A stretch of DNA of 64,000 nt from Escherichia coli (lineage in GTDB: Bacteria; Pseudomonadota; Gammaproteobacteria; Enterobacterales; Enterobacteriaceae). The position numbers were made by a program, and so were the translations under genes. Under the pieces are notes generated by a model. It was not told the DNA's origin. It searched no databases and saw nothing but the letters and a program-made list of their open reading frames with translations. Of this stretch, positions 12,861 through 26,840 are shown in pieces; within the stretch, counting starts at the first letter, position 1; the number at the start of each line of letters is the position of its first letter. The stretch lies in assembly GCF_046105845.1 (NCBI RefSeq), contig NZ_CP151004.1. The stretch is one strand, 5' to 3'.

Positions 12861-13616
12861 TTAACTCATCGACAGCAGTTGGTTGGCACGGCCTGCGTTA
12901 TCATCGACGCTGCTGATCACCTTCATCTGCATTTCAAAACGCCGCGCGCTGGCAATCATGTCGCTCATTGCCGCAACGGCATTGACGTTACTGCCTTCCA
13001 GAACTCCCGACATCACACGCAAGGTTGGATCTGCCTGCAGTACCGGCCCACGCGTGGCCTGGCTTTCCGCGCTTAAACGAAAAATGCCGTCGTCACCGCG
13101 CTGCACTTCGCTGCCCGTGGCTTTCACCAGTTTCAGACGCCCCACTGGCGCAACCGTATTTGCCGGATCGCCCGGATTCAGCGCCGAGATTGTGCCATCG
13201 GCAGCAATAGTGATTTCCGCCCCTTCCGGCACAGCAATTGGCCCCGCCTCGCCTATCACCGGATGCCCCTGAATTGTCAGTTGCCCGGTGGGATCAACCT
13301 GAATGCTGCCATTACGCGTATACCCTTCGCTGCCGTCAGCGGTCTGCACGGCCAGCCAGCCATCCTGCTGCAACGCAACGTCCATCGGGCGCGAGGTGTA
13401 ATCCATCTTGCCGGGCGTCATGTCTGCACCCGGCGTTGACGCCGTTACCAGCGTGCGCGTGGGCAGTGAAAGCCCTTCCACCGGCACTGCGCGCAAGGCG
13501 TTTAACTGCGCGCGAAAACCGGGCGTAGAGGCATTGGCCAGATTACTGGCGGTTACCGCCTGTTGATTCAGCGTCTGGCTGGCTGCTCCCATCGCAGTAT
13601 AAATTGCGTGATCCAT
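12861..13616 (-). CDS. flgF: Flagellar proximal rod protein
   Basis: 251-aa ORF matching FlgF. Confidence 0.95.
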   Translation of the reverse strand: MDHAIYTAMGAASQTLNQQAVTASNLANASTPGFRAQLNALRAVPVEGLSLPTRTLVTASTPGADMTPGKMDYTSRPMDVALQQDGWLAVQTADGSEGYTRNGSIQVDPTGQLTIQGHPVIGEAGPIAVPEGAEITIAADGTISALNPGDPANTVAPVGRLKLVKATGSEVQRGDDGIFRLSAESQATRGPVLQADPTLRVMSGVLEGSNVNAVAAMSDMIASARRFEMQMKVISSVDDNAGRANQLLSMS

Positions 13617-13635
13617 TGAGCTATCCCGTCAGCGA

Positions 13636-14841
13636 TTAGCGTAAGTTAACCAGCGTGTTGAGGATCTGGTCCTGGGTTTTGATGGTCTGGGCGTTAGACT
13701 GATAGTTACGCTGGGCAACGATCATATTGACCAGTTCTTTACTGAGATCGACGTTGGACGCTTCCAGCGCACCGTTGGTCAGGGTGCCAAAGTTGCCCGT
13801 CCCTGCTGTCCCCAACAGCGCCACGCCAGAAGATTGCGTCGCAGACCAGACGTTGTCGCCTTCGGATGCCAGACCTTCGTTGTTGGCAAAGTTCGCCAGT
13901 ACAATCTGCCCCAGCAGTTGGGTTTGTTCGTTGGAATAGTTGCCGACAACCGTACCGTCATCATTGATTTGATAACTCACCAGATCGCCCGGTTTGTAGC
14001 CGTTCTGGGTGGTTGCCACAATGTTGTTAGCACCGGTATTTTGCTGCATGGAGTTGAGGAAACTCAGGCTAAACGTGGCGGGATCTGCGCCGTTAATTGC
14101 GCCAGTGGAAATATTCGCTGTTGGATCTGAGGTCAGAACGCCATTGGCATTAAACACCAGTGTTGTCGCTGTCTTCGCAATGCTGTTTGGATCACTACTA
14201 TCCTGGGTGTAGACCTGCCAGTTATTATCCCCGGTCTTCACAAAGTAGACGCTCATGTCATGAGCATTACCCTGACTATCGAAAACAGTCACCGAACCTT
14301 TTTTGTTATAGCTATCCGCATTGCTGGCATCAAATGCGTTAACAGAGGGAAGCGGATCACTGGAATTCAGGTTGATCTGCATCGACGCCGTGGTGGTAGT
14401 TTTCGCTGCCATCAGGGTATTCGGGATCGAAATATTGGTCGGATTCGCCCCTTGCTGAATAGTCGGCGGCGTACCGGTTGCCGGGTAACCCGTCAGCTGT
14501 AAACCTTGCATATTCACCAGGTTACGGTTTTCATCCAGCTTAAATTGTCCGTTACGGCTGTAGAACACCGAACCGTTGCTGTCTACCATACGGAAAAAAC
14601 CGTTCTGGCTGATAGCAACGTCCAGACCACGCCCGGTGTTGGTGGTCGTGCCATCGGTAAAGTCCTGAGTGATACCGGCAACTTTTACCCCCAGTCCCAC
14701 TTTCGAACCGGCAAACATATCGGCAAAAGAGGCCGTGCCTGATTTAAAGCCGTAGGTGGCGGAGTTGGCGATATTGTTGCCAATAACATCGAGGTTGGTG
14801 GCGGCAGCGTTTAATCCGCTAACCGCTTGAGAAAAGGCCAT
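13636..14841 (-). CDS. flgE: Flagellar hook protein
   Basis: 401-aa ORF matching FlgE. Confidence 0.95.
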   Translation of the reverse strand: MAFSQAVSGLNAAATNLDVIGNNIANSATYGFKSGTASFADMFAGSKVGLGVKVAGITQDFTDGTTTNTGRGLDVAISQNGFFRMVDSNGSVFYSRNGQFKLDENRNLVNMQGLQLTGYPATGTPPTIQQGANPTNISIPNTLMAAKTTTTASMQINLNSSDPLPSVNAFDASNADSYNKKGSVTVFDSQGNAHDMSVYFVKTGDNNWQVYTQDSSDPNSIAKTATTLVFNANGVLTSDPTANISTGAINGADPATFSLSFLNSMQQNTGANNIVATTQNGYKPGDLVSYQINDDGTVVGNYSNEQTQLLGQIVLANFANNEGLASEGDNVWSATQSSGVALLGTAGTGNFGTLTNGALEASNVDLSKELVNMIVAQRNYQSNAQTIKTQDQILNTLVNLR

Positions 14842-14865
14842 GACTGACTCCTGAAATGTGAAGGC

Positions 14866-15561
14866 TTAAATTATCTGCCGTACTTCGTCGAGGGTGGTGG
14901 TGCCGTAAGTGCCGAGATCCAGCGTATTACCGTTGTTGCCGCGGATCACACCCTGCACCAGAGCAAACTGCAGCGGCTGGGCAACCAGTTGTGTACCACC
15001 GTTACTGGCGCTAATCGCTACATTGTAAGAACCGTTCGGCGCAGTGCTGCCGTCAGTCAACGTACCGTCCCAGGTGAAACTGTGGACTCCGGCGGTCAGT
15101 TCATCAATATCAATGGTGCGCACAACCGCGCCATTTTTATCGGTGATGGTGGCCGTAACTTTGTCTGCCGCCTGTTGCAGCTCAACACCAAACGGCGTGG
15201 TCGTGGTCACAGCCCCTTCTTCACTGCCGGTTCCCGCAAGAACAGTGGTGCCGGGGATCATCACGCCGTGACCGATCAGGTTACTGGCCTGTAACGACTG
15301 GCTGTTATCAATCTGTCCGGAAATAGATCCGAGCGTGGTATTGAGTTTTTCAATCCCACTGACCGTGCTGATTTGAGCCAATTGCGACGTCAGCTCGTTG
15401 TTTTCCATTGGATTGGTCGGGTCCTGGTTTTTCAGCTGCGCCACCAGCAAAGTCAGAAAACTGCTTTGTAAATCTGCGGCGTTGCTGCCCGTGAGCGAAC
15501 TACTACTGGTGGTGCTGACGCCGGTATTTGTCGGATCGGTGGTGGTTACCGCAATGGACAT
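14866..15561 (-). CDS. flgD: Flagellar hook capping/assembly protein
   Basis: 231-aa ORF matching FlgD. Confidence 0.95.
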   Translation of the reverse strand: MSIAVTTTDPTNTGVSTTSSSSLTGSNAADLQSSFLTLLVAQLKNQDPTNPMENNELTSQLAQISTVSGIEKLNTTLGSISGQIDNSQSLQASNLIGHGVMIPGTTVLAGTGSEEGAVTTTTPFGVELQQAADKVTATITDKNGAVVRTIDIDELTAGVHSFTWDGTLTDGSTAPNGSYNVAISASNGGTQLVAQPLQFALVQGVIRGNNGNTLDLGTYGTTTLDEVRQII

Positions 15562-15572
15562 AGTTTTCTCCT

Positions 15573-15977
15573 TTATTGACCGAGCGTAAGGGTTTTCAGC
15601 ATCATGCTTTTCACCGTGTTGAGCACTTCAACATTGGCCTGATAGCTGCGTGACGCCGACATGGTGTTAACCATCTCTCCGACGACATCGACGTTTGGCA
15701 TTTTCACGTAGCCCTTTGCATCCGCCAGCGGATTACCCGGTTCATAAACCAGTTTGTCCGGGGCCTGACTTTCTATAACATCGGCAACCTTTACGCCGCC
15801 TGTCGCAGCACCTGGTGCAGCGTTAACCTGGAATACCACCTGTTTTGCCCGATATGGCTGTCCATCGGGACCGGTCACGCTATCAGCATTCGCCAGATTA
15901 CTGGCCGCCACGTTCAGGCGCTGGGACTGGGCAGTTAACGCCGACCCGGCGATATCAAAAATATTCAGCAGTGCCAT
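15573..15977 (-). CDS. flgC: Flagellar proximal rod protein
   Basis: 134-aa ORF matching FlgC. Confidence 0.95.
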
Positions 15978-15980
15978 CCG

Positions 15981-16397
15981 TTAATTTCCGCTCTGTAAAA
16001 CGTTCATCATGCCTTTGATTTGCCCGCTCAACGCGCTAAGGCTCATCTGGTATTGCAGGCTGTTATCGGCAAACTGGGTGCGTTCGCGATCCATATCGAC
16101 GGTATTACCGTCAAGCGAAGGCTGGTCCGGAATACGGTATTGCAGTTCTGCGGTAGGAGGCGTCAGCGCCTGCGCCGGAATGTGTTGCGTTGAGGTCATC
16201 GTCAGTGCAACCACGCTTGTTGCATCCCGTCCACGTTGCATGACTTTTTTAAGTTCACTGGCAAAATCGATATCGCGCGCCTGATAACCAGGGGTATCGG
16301 CATTGGCGATGTTTGCTGCCAGCACTTCCTGACGCTGGGCGCGCAGATTGAGCGCCTCTTGTTGAAAACGTAAGGCGGCGTCGAGCTTATCGAGCAT
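15981..16397 (-). CDS. flgB: Flagellar proximal rod protein
   Basis: Track ORF 15981-16406; known start [22 protein letters not shown] (138 aa). Confidence 0.92.
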
Positions 16398-16560
16398 ATC
16401 GAGCATATCTCCTCCGCAGGTATCAAAATTCTGCCATCAGCTTAAATGCCTTTACGCGCGCGTTATCGGCGGAATAAACGCAAAATGGGTCGCTATTTAT
16501 GCCGTTGATGGTCATTGCGGACAGGTACAATTCACGTTGTAGAAATGGCAGGGGGCGAAA
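16398..16560. promoter_or_regulatory. Divergent flgB / flgA promoter region (FlhDC-dependent class 2 promoters expected)
   Basis: 163-bp divergent intergenic region between flgB and flgA; FlhD4C2 sites known from the literature, not individually mapped here. Confidence 0.5.
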
Positions 16561-17220
16561 ATGCTGGCAATAAAACGTAGCGTGGCGATCATCGCGATAC
16601 TGTTCAGTCCGTTAAGTGCGGCGAGCAATCTCACATCGCAATTGCACACCTTTTTTAGCGCCCAGCTCGCGGGGGTAAGTGATGAGGTTCGTGTTTATAT
16701 TCGTACAGCGCCCAATCTACTACCGCCGTGCGAGCAGCCATTGCTTTCGATGAGCAATAATTCCCGCCTGTGGGGCAATGTGAATGTGTTGGCACGCTGC
16801 GGTAACGACAAACGATATTTACAGGTTAATGTGCAGGCCACAGGAAATTATGTGGTTGCCGCAATGCCCATTGTGCGGGGAGGAAAGCTGGAAGCTGGCA
16901 ATGTCAAACTGAAACGCGGACGGCTGGACACCTTGCCACCGCGTACGGTGCTGGATATCAATCAACTTGTTGATGCCGTTAGCCTGCGCGATCTATCACC
17001 CGAGCAACCTATCCAGTTAACCCAGTTTCGCCAGGCATGGCGGGTAAAAGCGGGACAACGCGTCAACGTGATCGCCAGCGGTGATGGGTTTAGCGCCAAC
17101 GCAGAAGGTCAGGCGCTAAACAATGCTGCCGTCGCACAGAATGCGCGGGTGCGCATGGTATCGGGACAGGTGGTCAGCGGCGTTGTTGATGCAGATGGGA
17201 ATATTCTTATAAACCTGTAA
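16561..17220 (+). CDS. flgA: Flagellar P-ring assembly chaperone
   Basis: 219-aa ORF matching FlgA with signal peptide. Confidence 0.92.
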   Translation: MLAIKRSVAIIAILFSPLSAASNLTSQLHTFFSAQLAGVSDEVRVYIRTAPNLLPPCEQPLLSMSNNSRLWGNVNVLARCGNDKRYLQVNVQATGNYVVAAMPIVRGGKLEAGNVKLKRGRLDTLPPRTVLDINQLVDAVSLRDLSPEQPIQLTQFRQAWRVKAGQRVNVIASGDGFSANAEGQALNNAAVAQNARVRMVSGQVVSGVVDADGNILINL

Positions 17221-17225
17221 GCTGT

Positions 17226-17252
17226 TAAAGATTACCCGTCCCTTGCCGATAA
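17226..17252 (+). promoter_or_regulatory. Sigma-28 (FliA) class 3 promoter of flgMN
   Basis: TAAAGATT, 11-nt spacer, GCCGATAA: near-perfect match to the sigma-28 consensus TAAAGTTT-N11-GCCGATAA, 44 bp upstream of the flgM ATG. Confidence 0.65.
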
Positions 17253-17295
17253 ATAAGCAACACATGATAAAAGCGCCCTCAATGAGGAATAAACC

Positions 17296-17589
17296 ATGAG
17301 TATTGATCGCACTTCGCCTCTGAAGCCCGTAAGCACCGTTCAACCGCGCGAAACCATTGACGCGCCGGTAACGAACACCCGGGCGGCAAAAACAACCGCC
17401 TCCACCAGCACCAGTGTGACGTTAAGCGACGCGCAAGCAAAACTGATGCAACCCGGCAGCAGTGATATCAATCTTGAACGTGTCGAAGCGTTAAAACTGG
17501 CGATTCGTAACGGTGAACTAAAAATGGACACCGGCAAAATTGCCGATGCGCTGATCAACGAAGCGCAGCAAGACTTGCAGAGTAACTGA
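17296..17589 (+). CDS. flgM: Anti-sigma-28 factor
   Basis: 97-aa ORF matching FlgM. Confidence 0.95.
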   Translation: MSIDRTSPLKPVSTVQPRETIDAPVTNTRAAKTTASTSTSVTLSDAQAKLMQPGSSDINLERVEALKLAIRNGELKMDTGKIADALINEAQQDLQSN

Positions 17590-17593
17590 TCGT

Positions 17594-18010
17594 ATGACGC
17601 GTCTTGCAGAGATCCTCGACCAGATGTCCGCTGTGCTTAACGATCTCAAAACGGTAATGGATCAAGAGCAGCAACATCTCTCTATGGGGCAGATCAACGG
17701 CAGCCAGTTGCAATGGATTACAGAACAAAAAAGCTCTCTGCTGGCGACGCTGGATTACCTCGAACAGTTACGCAGGAAAGAACCCAATTCAGCAAATAGC
17801 GTTGATATTAGTCAACGCTGGCAGGAAATTACTGTGAAAACGCAGCAACTACGCCAAATGAATCAACATAACGGCTGGTTACTGGAAGGACAGATTGAGC
17901 GCAATCAACAGGCGCTGGAAATGTTGAAACCGCATCAGGAACCGATGCTATATGGAGCGAACGGTCAGACCTCAACAAATCATCGCGGCAGTAAAAAGAT
18001 TTCGATCTGA
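17594..18010 (+). CDS. flgN: Flagellar export chaperone for FlgK/FlgL
   Basis: 138-aa ORF matching FlgN. Confidence 0.95.
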   Translation: MTRLAEILDQMSAVLNDLKTVMDQEQQHLSMGQINGSQLQWITEQKSSLLATLDYLEQLRRKEPNSANSVDISQRWQEITVKTQQLRQMNQHNGWLLEGQIERNQQALEMLKPHQEPMLYGANGQTSTNHRGSKKISI

Positions 18011-18049
18011 AGATTATCTCCGGCCTGCACTGCAGGCCGGAATGCCTTG

Positions 18050-19672
<1,623 letters not shown>

Positions 19673-19694
19673 CTACCGCCAGATGTTACAGGGT

Positions 19695-20618
19695 TTATTC
19701 ACTCATCGCATCGCGCCAGATCTTGTCAACGATACGTTGCGCCAGCACTGCCTGTTCGCCGGCGGTTTGCGGAACTGTCTGATTTTGCACGCATTCAATG
19801 AAGTGCCGCGCACAGCCGACAAATCCACGTTGCTCAAGCGTACTCTGCCAACCAGGAATCGGTTTATGCACTACGCCCTGCCCACGCTCCTCACGCCATT
19901 CGCGCATATCTGTAATGTCGATGAGCGCACCGTCAGTCACGGCCTGCACGGTTTCACGCTGACTTCCGGCACGGCGATGCATACAGGTGGTGATCTGCAA
20001 AGGACCGGCCGAAAAATGGTGCTCGGCAAACAGCATTTCGCCAGCGTCATTAGTCAGTAGCGTACCGCCATCCAGAGAGGCTTTACCGCCCGACAACCAC
20101 AGCGCGGTATCCACCACATGCAGATAATCATCCAGCAACGTGAAATAAAGATCGTGTGGCCCGACGCTATTGCTACGATGTTTATCCATTCTTAGCGAGG
20201 CTGCGGTGGCGAGTTGCGTTTTTAACTCACCGTAGAGTGGTGCGAAACGACGGTTAAAACCGACCATCAACGTCAGTTTTTTCCGTGCCGCAAGTTCCAC
20301 CAGCCGTTCAGCATCGCGCAGATTTTCTGCCAGCGGTTTATCGACACAGACATGTACCCCCGCATTGAGTAACGTACTGACCACGTCAAAGTGGCTGGCG
20401 GTGCTGGAATGCACAAAAACCGCATCGCAACTGGCGGCAAGGCTGGATAACGAATCGGCATAAGGAATGCGCCAGCTGTCACAAATTGGCAAGGCTTTCG
20501 CGCGCGTAGGCGACCACGCACCTTGTAACGTCCAGTCAGACGCTGCCGCCAGCACCGGTAACCACGCCTTTTGCGCGATGCCGCCTAACCCCACTACGCC
20601 GATACGTAATTTTTTCAC
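19695..20618 (-). CDS. yceM: Gfo/Idh/MocA-family oxidoreductase YceM (MviM)
   Basis: Track ORF starts at an upstream TTG; likely start is GTG at 20616-20618 (VKKLRIGVVGLGGIAQK...) preceded by a GGAGA RBS, giving 307 aa. Confidence 0.85.
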   Translation of the reverse strand: MKKLRIGVVGLGGIAQKAWLPVLAAASDWTLQGAWSPTRAKALPICDSWRIPYADSLSSLAASCDAVFVHSSTASHFDVVSTLLNAGVHVCVDKPLAENLRDAERLVELAARKKLTLMVGFNRRFAPLYGELKTQLATAASLRMDKHRSNSVGPHDLYFTLLDDYLHVVDTALWLSGGKASLDGGTLLTNDAGEMLFAEHHFSAGPLQITTCMHRRAGSQRETVQAVTDGALIDITDMREWREERGQGVVHKPIPGWQSTLEQRGFVGCARHFIECVQNQTVPQTAGEQAVLAQRIVDKIWRDAMSE

Positions 20619-20619
20619 T

Positions 20620-21862
<1,243 letters not shown>

Positions 21863-22097
21863 TCTATACCTACTCCTTCCCGTAACGTCTTTAATACGCT
21901 GTAAGTATTACTATACCTGCGCAACCAGACCCTGTGAAAAGTCCAGAATGCCATTTTCTGCATTATTCACATATTTGATAAAAACTCTCTATCAAAGCGA
22001 CGTTTTGATAAAAAAATATTGTCCCCGAAGTGATGGGAAAAGTCTTAGCGGCAATGCAGAATAGAAAGTGCTCATCTTTTATTTCCCGGGAGGGGAA

Positions 22098-23306
22098 ATG
22101 TCCCGCGTGTCGCAGGCGAGGAACCTGGGTAAATATTTCCTGCTCATCGATAATATGCTGGTCGTGCTGGGTTTCTTTGTTGTCTTCCCGCTGATCTCTA
22201 TCCGCTTCGTTGATCAAATGGGCTGGGCCGCCGTCATGGTCGGTATTGCCCTCGGCCTACGCCAGTTTATTCAGCAAGGTCTGGGTATTTTCGGCGGAGC
22301 AATTGCCGACCGCTTTGGTGCCAAACCGATGATTGTTACCGGTATGCTGATGCGTGCCGCCGGATTCGCCACAATGGGTATCGCCCACGAACCGTGGCTA
22401 CTGTGGTTTTCATGCCTGCTCTCGGGACTCGGCGGCACGTTGTTTGATCCGCCGCGTTCGGCGCTGGTGGTGAAACTAATCCGTCCACAACAGCGTGGTC
22501 GTTTTTTCTCGCTGTTGATGATGCAGGACAGTGCCGGTGCGGTCATTGGCGCATTGTTGGGTAGCTGGCTGTTGCAATACGACTTTCGCCTGGTCTGCGC
22601 CACAGGGGCAGTTTTGTTTGTGCTGTGTGCAGCGTTCAATGCGTGGTTGTTACCGGCATGGAAACTCTCCACCGTACGCACGCCCGTTCGCGAAGGCATG
22701 ACCCGCGTGATGCGCGACAAGCGTTTTGTCACCTATGTCCTGACACTGGCGGGTTACTACATGCTGGCTGTACAAGTGATGCTGATGCTGCCAATTATGG
22801 TCAACGACGTGGCGGGCGCGCCCTCTGCCGTTAAATGGATGTATGCCATTGAAGCGTGTCTGTCGTTAACGTTGCTCTATCCTATCGCCCGCTTGAGTGA
22901 AAAGTATTTTCGTCTGGAACACCGGTTGATGGCTGGGCTGTTGATAATGTCATTAAGCATGATGCCGGTGGGCATGGTCAGCGGCCTGCAACAACTTTTC
23001 ACCCTGATTTGTCTGTTTTATATCGGGTCGATCATTACCGAGCCTGCGCGTGAAACCTTAAGTGCTTCGCTGGCGGACGCAAGAGCTCGCGGCAGCTATA
23101 TGGGGTTTAGCCGTCTGGGTCTGGCGATTGGCGGCGCTATTGGTTATATCGGTGGCGGCTGGCTGTTTGACCTGGGCAAATCGGCGCACCAGCCAGAGCT
23201 TCCGTGGATGATGCTGGGCATTATTGGCATCTTCACTTTCCTTGCGATGGGTTGGCAGTTTAGTCAGAAACGCGCCGCGCGTCGTTTGCTGGAACGCGAC
23301 GCCTGA
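22098..23306 (+). CDS. mdtH: MFS multidrug efflux transporter MdtH
   Basis: Track ORF 22068-23306; known start [16 protein letters not shown] (402 aa). Confidence 0.9.
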   Translation: MSRVSQARNLGKYFLLIDNMLVVLGFFVVFPLISIRFVDQMGWAAVMVGIALGLRQFIQQGLGIFGGAIADRFGAKPMIVTGMLMRAAGFATMGIAHEPWLLWFSCLLSGLGGTLFDPPRSALVVKLIRPQQRGRFFSLLMMQDSAGAVIGALLGSWLLQYDFRLVCATGAVLFVLCAAFNAWLLPAWKLSTVRTPVREGMTRVMRDKRFVTYVLTLAGYYMLAVQVMLMLPIMVNDVAGAPSAVKWMYAIEACLSLTLLYPIARLSEKYFRLEHRLMAGLLIMSLSMMPVGMVSGLQQLFTLICLFYIGSIITEPARETLSASLADARARGSYMGFSRLGLAIGGAIGYIGGGWLFDLGKSAHQPELPWMMLGIIGIFTFLAMGWQFSQKRAARRLLERDA

Positions 23307-23369
23307 TTTGATACTCCCCCCTGACTCCTCCATACTGAAAGTGAACTGACAGCCAAATGGAGGAGTCAC

Positions 23370-24017
23370 GTGAAGCTATACATTTACGATCACTGCCCTT
23401 ACTGCCTCAAAGCCCGCATGATTTTCGGCCTGAAAAATATCCCCGTCGAATTACATGTTCTGCTCAACGACGACGCAGAAACACCCACCCGGATGGTCGG
23501 TCAAAAACAGGTTCCCATTCTGCAAAAAGATGACAGCCGCTATATGCCAGAAAGCATGGACATCGTTCACTATGTCGATAAACTCGACGGCAAACCGTTA
23601 CTGACCGGCAAACGTTCCCCTGCCATTGAAGAGTGGCTGCGCAAGGTCAATGGCTACGCCAACAAACTGCTGTTGCCGCGTTTTGCCAAATCAGCATTTG
23701 ATGAGTTTTCTACTCCTGCCGCGCGCAAATATTTCGTCGACAAGAAAGAGGCCAGCGCGGGTAATTTTGCCGACCTGCTGGCCCACTCTGACGGTCTGAT
23801 TAAGAATATCAGCGATGATTTACGTGCGCTGGACAAACTGATCGTCAAACCGAACGCCGTGAATGGCGAACTTTCGGAAGATGATATTCAGCTATTTCCG
23901 CTCCTGCGTAATCTGACGCTGGTAGCCGGAATCAACTGGCCAAGCCGCGTTGCTGATTACCGCGATAATATGGCGAAACAGACACAAATCAATTTGTTAT
24001 CATCAATGGCGATTTAA
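23370..24017 (+). CDS. grxB: Glutaredoxin 2
   Basis: 215-aa ORF, MKLYIYDHCPYCLKARMIF with CPYC active site. Confidence 0.95.
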   Translation: MKLYIYDHCPYCLKARMIFGLKNIPVELHVLLNDDAETPTRMVGQKQVPILQKDDSRYMPESMDIVHYVDKLDGKPLLTGKRSPAIEEWLRKVNGYANKLLLPRFAKSAFDEFSTPAARKYFVDKKEASAGNFADLLAHSDGLIKNISDDLRALDKLIVKPNAVNGELSEDDIQLFPLLRNLTLVAGINWPSRVADYRDNMAKQTQINLLSSMAI

Positions 24018-24150
24018 TCCTGACCCGCCGCGGCAGCCTGTATTCGCGGGTTGCCGCCGTTTTCAGTTTTTTCTGCTGGCGCGTTTATCGCTGGTGACAC
24101 ATGCTGCGTTGTGTCAGGATATTGACGCAGATTTCATGTCGAGGACTACC

Positions 24151-24711
24151 ATGAACAAGTTTTTATTTGCCGCTGCATTGATCGTCAGTGGCCTGCTCGT
24201 TGGCTGTAATCAACTCACCCAATACACCATCACCGAACAAGAAATTAACCAGTCGCTTGCGAAACATAATAATTTCTCAAAAGATATCGGTTTACCCGGC
24301 GTGGCTGACGCCCATATTGTTCTGACAAACCTGACCAGCCAAATTGGTCGCGAAGAGCCGAATAAGGTTACCCTAACCGGAGACGCCAATCTGGACATGA
24401 ACTCCCTGTTCGGTAGCCAGAAAGCGACCATGAAACTGAAGCTGAAAGCGCTGCCCGTGTTTGATAAAGAAAAAGGCGCGATCTTCCTGAAAGAGATGGA
24501 AGTGGTCGATGCGACGGTACAACCGGAAAAAATGCAAACGGTGATGCAAACGTTGCTTCCCTATTTGAACCAGGCATTACGCAATTACTTTAACCAGCAA
24601 CCTGCTTACGTCCTGCGCGAAGATGGCAGCCAGGGCGAAGCAATGGCGAAGAAACTGGCGAAAGGCATTGAAGTGAAGCCAGGCGAAATTGTCATTCCGT
24701 TTACTGATTAA
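24151..24711 (+). CDS. yceB: Lipoprotein YceB (DUF1439)
   Basis: Track ORF 23950-24711 is over-extended; true start MNKFLFAAALIVSGLLVGC (lipobox) at 24151, 186 aa. Confidence 0.88.
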   Translation: MNKFLFAAALIVSGLLVGCNQLTQYTITEQEINQSLAKHNNFSKDIGLPGVADAHIVLTNLTSQIGREEPNKVTLTGDANLDMNSLFGSQKATMKLKLKALPVFDKEKGAIFLKEMEVVDATVQPEKMQTVMQTLLPYLNQALRNYFNQQPAYVLREDGSQGEAMAKKLAKGIEVKPGEIVIPFTD

Positions 24712-24749
24712 TCACGAGGGCGCATTCGCGCCCTTTATTTTTCGTGCAA

Positions 24750-24816
24750 AGGAAAACGTTTCCGCTTATCCTTTGTGTCCGGCAAAAACATCCCTTCAGC
24801 CGGAGCATAGAGATTA
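24750..24816 (+). promoter_or_regulatory. pyrC control region: PurR operator and leader hairpin
   Basis: AGGAAAACGTTTCCGC (24750-24765) matches the PurR box; CCGG...CCGG hairpin (24779-24803) overlaps the RBS, as in the pyrC start-site-dependent translational control. Confidence 0.55.
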
Positions 24817-25863
24817 ATGACTGCACCATCCCAGGTATTAAAGATCCGCCGCCCAGACGACTGGCACCTTCACCTCCGCGATGGCGACATGTTAAAAACT
24901 GTCGTGCCGTATACCAGCGAAATTTATGGACGGGCTATCGTAATGCCCAATCTGGCTCCGCCCGTGACCAGCGTTGGGGCCGCCGTGGCGTATCGCCAGC
25001 GTATTCTTGACGCCGTACCTGCCGGGCACGATTTCACCCCGCTGATGACCTGTTATTTGACAGATTCACTAGACCCTAATGAGCTGGAGCGCGGATTTAA
25101 CGAAGGCGTGTTCACCGCTGCAAAACTTTACCCGGCAAACGCAACTACTAACTCCAGTCACGGCGTGACGTCAGTTGACGCAATCATGCCGGTACTTGAG
25201 CGCATGGAAAAAATCGGTATGCCGTTACTGGTGCATGGTGAAGTGACACATGCAGATATCGACATTTTTGATCGTGAAGCGCGCTTTATAGAAAGCGTGA
25301 TGGAACCGCTGCGCCAGCGCCTGACCGCGCTGAAAGTCGTTTTTGAGCACATCACCACCAAAGACGCTGCCGACTATGTCCGTGACGGAAATGAACGGCT
25401 GGCTGCCACCATCACTCCGCAGCATCTGATGTTTAACCGCAACCATATGCTGGTTGGTGGCGTGCGTCCACACCTGTATTGTCTACCCATCCTCAAACGC
25501 AATATTCACCAACAGGCACTGCGTGAACTGGTCGCCAGCGGTTTTAATCGCGTATTCCTCGGTACGGATTCTGCGCCGCATGCACGTCATCGCAAAGAGA
25601 GCAGCTGCGGCTGCGCGGGCTGCTTCAACGCCCCAACCGCGCTGGGCAGTTACGCTACCGTCTTTGAAGAGATGAATGCTCTGCAGCACTTTGAAGCATT
25701 CTGTTCTGTAAACGGCCCGCAGTTCTATGGCTTGCCGGTCAACGACACATTCATCGAACTGGTCCGCGAAGAACAACAGGTTGCTGCAAGCATCGCACTG
25801 ACTGATGACACACTGGTGCCATTCCTCGCCGGGGAAACGGTACGCTGGTCCGTTAAACAATAA
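24817..25863 (+). CDS. pyrC: Dihydroorotase
   Basis: 348-aa [29 protein letters not shown]... matches PyrC. Confidence 0.95.
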   Translation: MTAPSQVLKIRRPDDWHLHLRDGDMLKTVVPYTSEIYGRAIVMPNLAPPVTSVGAAVAYRQRILDAVPAGHDFTPLMTCYLTDSLDPNELERGFNEGVFTAAKLYPANATTNSSHGVTSVDAIMPVLERMEKIGMPLLVHGEVTHADIDIFDREARFIESVMEPLRQRLTALKVVFEHITTKDAADYVRDGNERLAATITPQHLMFNRNHMLVGGVRPHLYCLPILKRNIHQQALRELVASGFNRVFLGTDSAPHARHRKESSCGCAGCFNAPTALGSYATVFEEMNALQHFEAFCSVNGPQFYGLPVNDTFIELVREEQQVAASIALTDDTLVPFLAGETVRWSVKQ

Positions 25864-25897
25864 AAATCGTAGCTTCCTGTTGTCATTAGGTCATTTT

Positions 25898-25917
25898 AAC
25901 TGTATAAACAACCAGTA
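25898..25917 (+). promoter_or_regulatory. LexA box (SOS operator) of dinI
   Basis: AACTGTATAAACAACCAGTA fits the CTGT-N8-ACAG LexA consensus (one half-site is CCAG), 20 bp upstream of the dinI ATG. Confidence 0.5.
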
Positions 25918-25936
25918 TATTCAACAGGGGGCTATT

Positions 25937-26182
25937 ATGCGAATTGAAGTCACCATAGCGAAAACTTCTCCATTGCCAGCTGGGGCTATTGACGCCCTGG
26001 CTGGCGAACTTTCCCGCCGTATTCAGTATGCGTTTCCTGATAATGAAGGCCACGTATCGGTACGTTATGCCGCAGCGAATAATTTATCGGTTATTGGCGC
26101 GACAAAAGAAGATAAACAGCGCATTAGCGAAATTCTCCAGGAAACGTGGGAAAGCGCCGATGACTGGTTTGTCAGCGAATAA
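25937..26182 (+). CDS. dinI: DNA damage-inducible protein I
   Basis: Track ORF 25805-26182 starts at an upstream start codon; known DinI starts MRIEVTIAKTSPLPAGAIDAL (81 aa). Confidence 0.9.
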   Translation: MRIEVTIAKTSPLPAGAIDALAGELSRRIQYAFPDNEGHVSVRYAAANNLSVIGATKEDKQRISEILQETWESADDWFVSE

Positions 26183-26203
26183 TATGCAGTGATTTTTGTT
26201 TTT

Positions 26204-26227
26204 GCCGGGTCGCCCCGGCTTTTTTAT
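26204..26227 (+). terminator. Rho-independent terminator of dinI
   Basis: GCCGGG-N4-CCCGGC hairpin followed by TTTTTTATTTT. Confidence 0.5.
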
Positions 26228-26471
26228 TTTACTTACGAATTTCGAGTACAAAATTTCTACACTTCCTCAAAATAATTGCACAATATGCTAAAAAAATATG
26301 AATGACATGCTGTTTTATTGTTCATATAAATCTTAAAAGCAAAAATTTATCTGTTCCCCCCTTTAAAAATTCGGTGAATACCCTTACTTATTGGTATACT
26401 GAAGTTGCTTCAGATAAAAACGCATTGAACCTCGAATAACGTTGTCTAGTAACACGAATTAGGGGGCCATG

Positions 26472-26726
26472 ATGGAAAAAAATAATGAAGTCATTCAGAC
26501 TCATCCGCTCGTAGGGTGGGACATCAGCACCGTTGATAGCTATGATGCGCTGATGTTGCGTTTGCACTACCAGACCCCAAATAAGTCCGAGCAGGAAGGG
26601 ACTGAAGTTGGTCAGACGCTCTGGTTAACCACTGATGTTGCCAGACAATTTATTTCGATATTAGAAGCAGGAATCGCCAAAATTGAATCCGGTGATTTCC
26701 CGGTAAACGAGTATCGGCGTCATTAA
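26472..26726 (+). CDS. bssS: Biofilm regulator BssS
   Basis: MEKNNEVIQTHPLVGWDISTVDSYDALMLRLHYQ..., 84 aa; second ATG chosen for RBS spacing. Confidence 0.85.
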   Translation: MEKNNEVIQTHPLVGWDISTVDSYDALMLRLHYQTPNKSEQEGTEVGQTLWLTTDVARQFISILEAGIAKIESGDFPVNEYRRH

Positions 26727-26840
26727 CATGACATGACCATCCACCCAAAAGGCACCTCACCGGTGCCTTTACCATTTCTGGGTTGTATATCTGCATTCAG
26801 TTAATTACTCTGCTTAAACCATGAGAGCAGAGAGAAAAAA

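Noticed and set aside
23950-24711. 253-aa extended ORF upstream of yceB; likewise extended track ORFs for csgC (43570-44061), dinI (25805-26182), yceA, lpxL, murJ and ghrA
   Set aside because: The ORF track begins at the first ATG/GTG/TTG after a stop; the conserved protein N termini (signal peptides, lipoboxes) and RBS positions point to the internal starts listed in the features.
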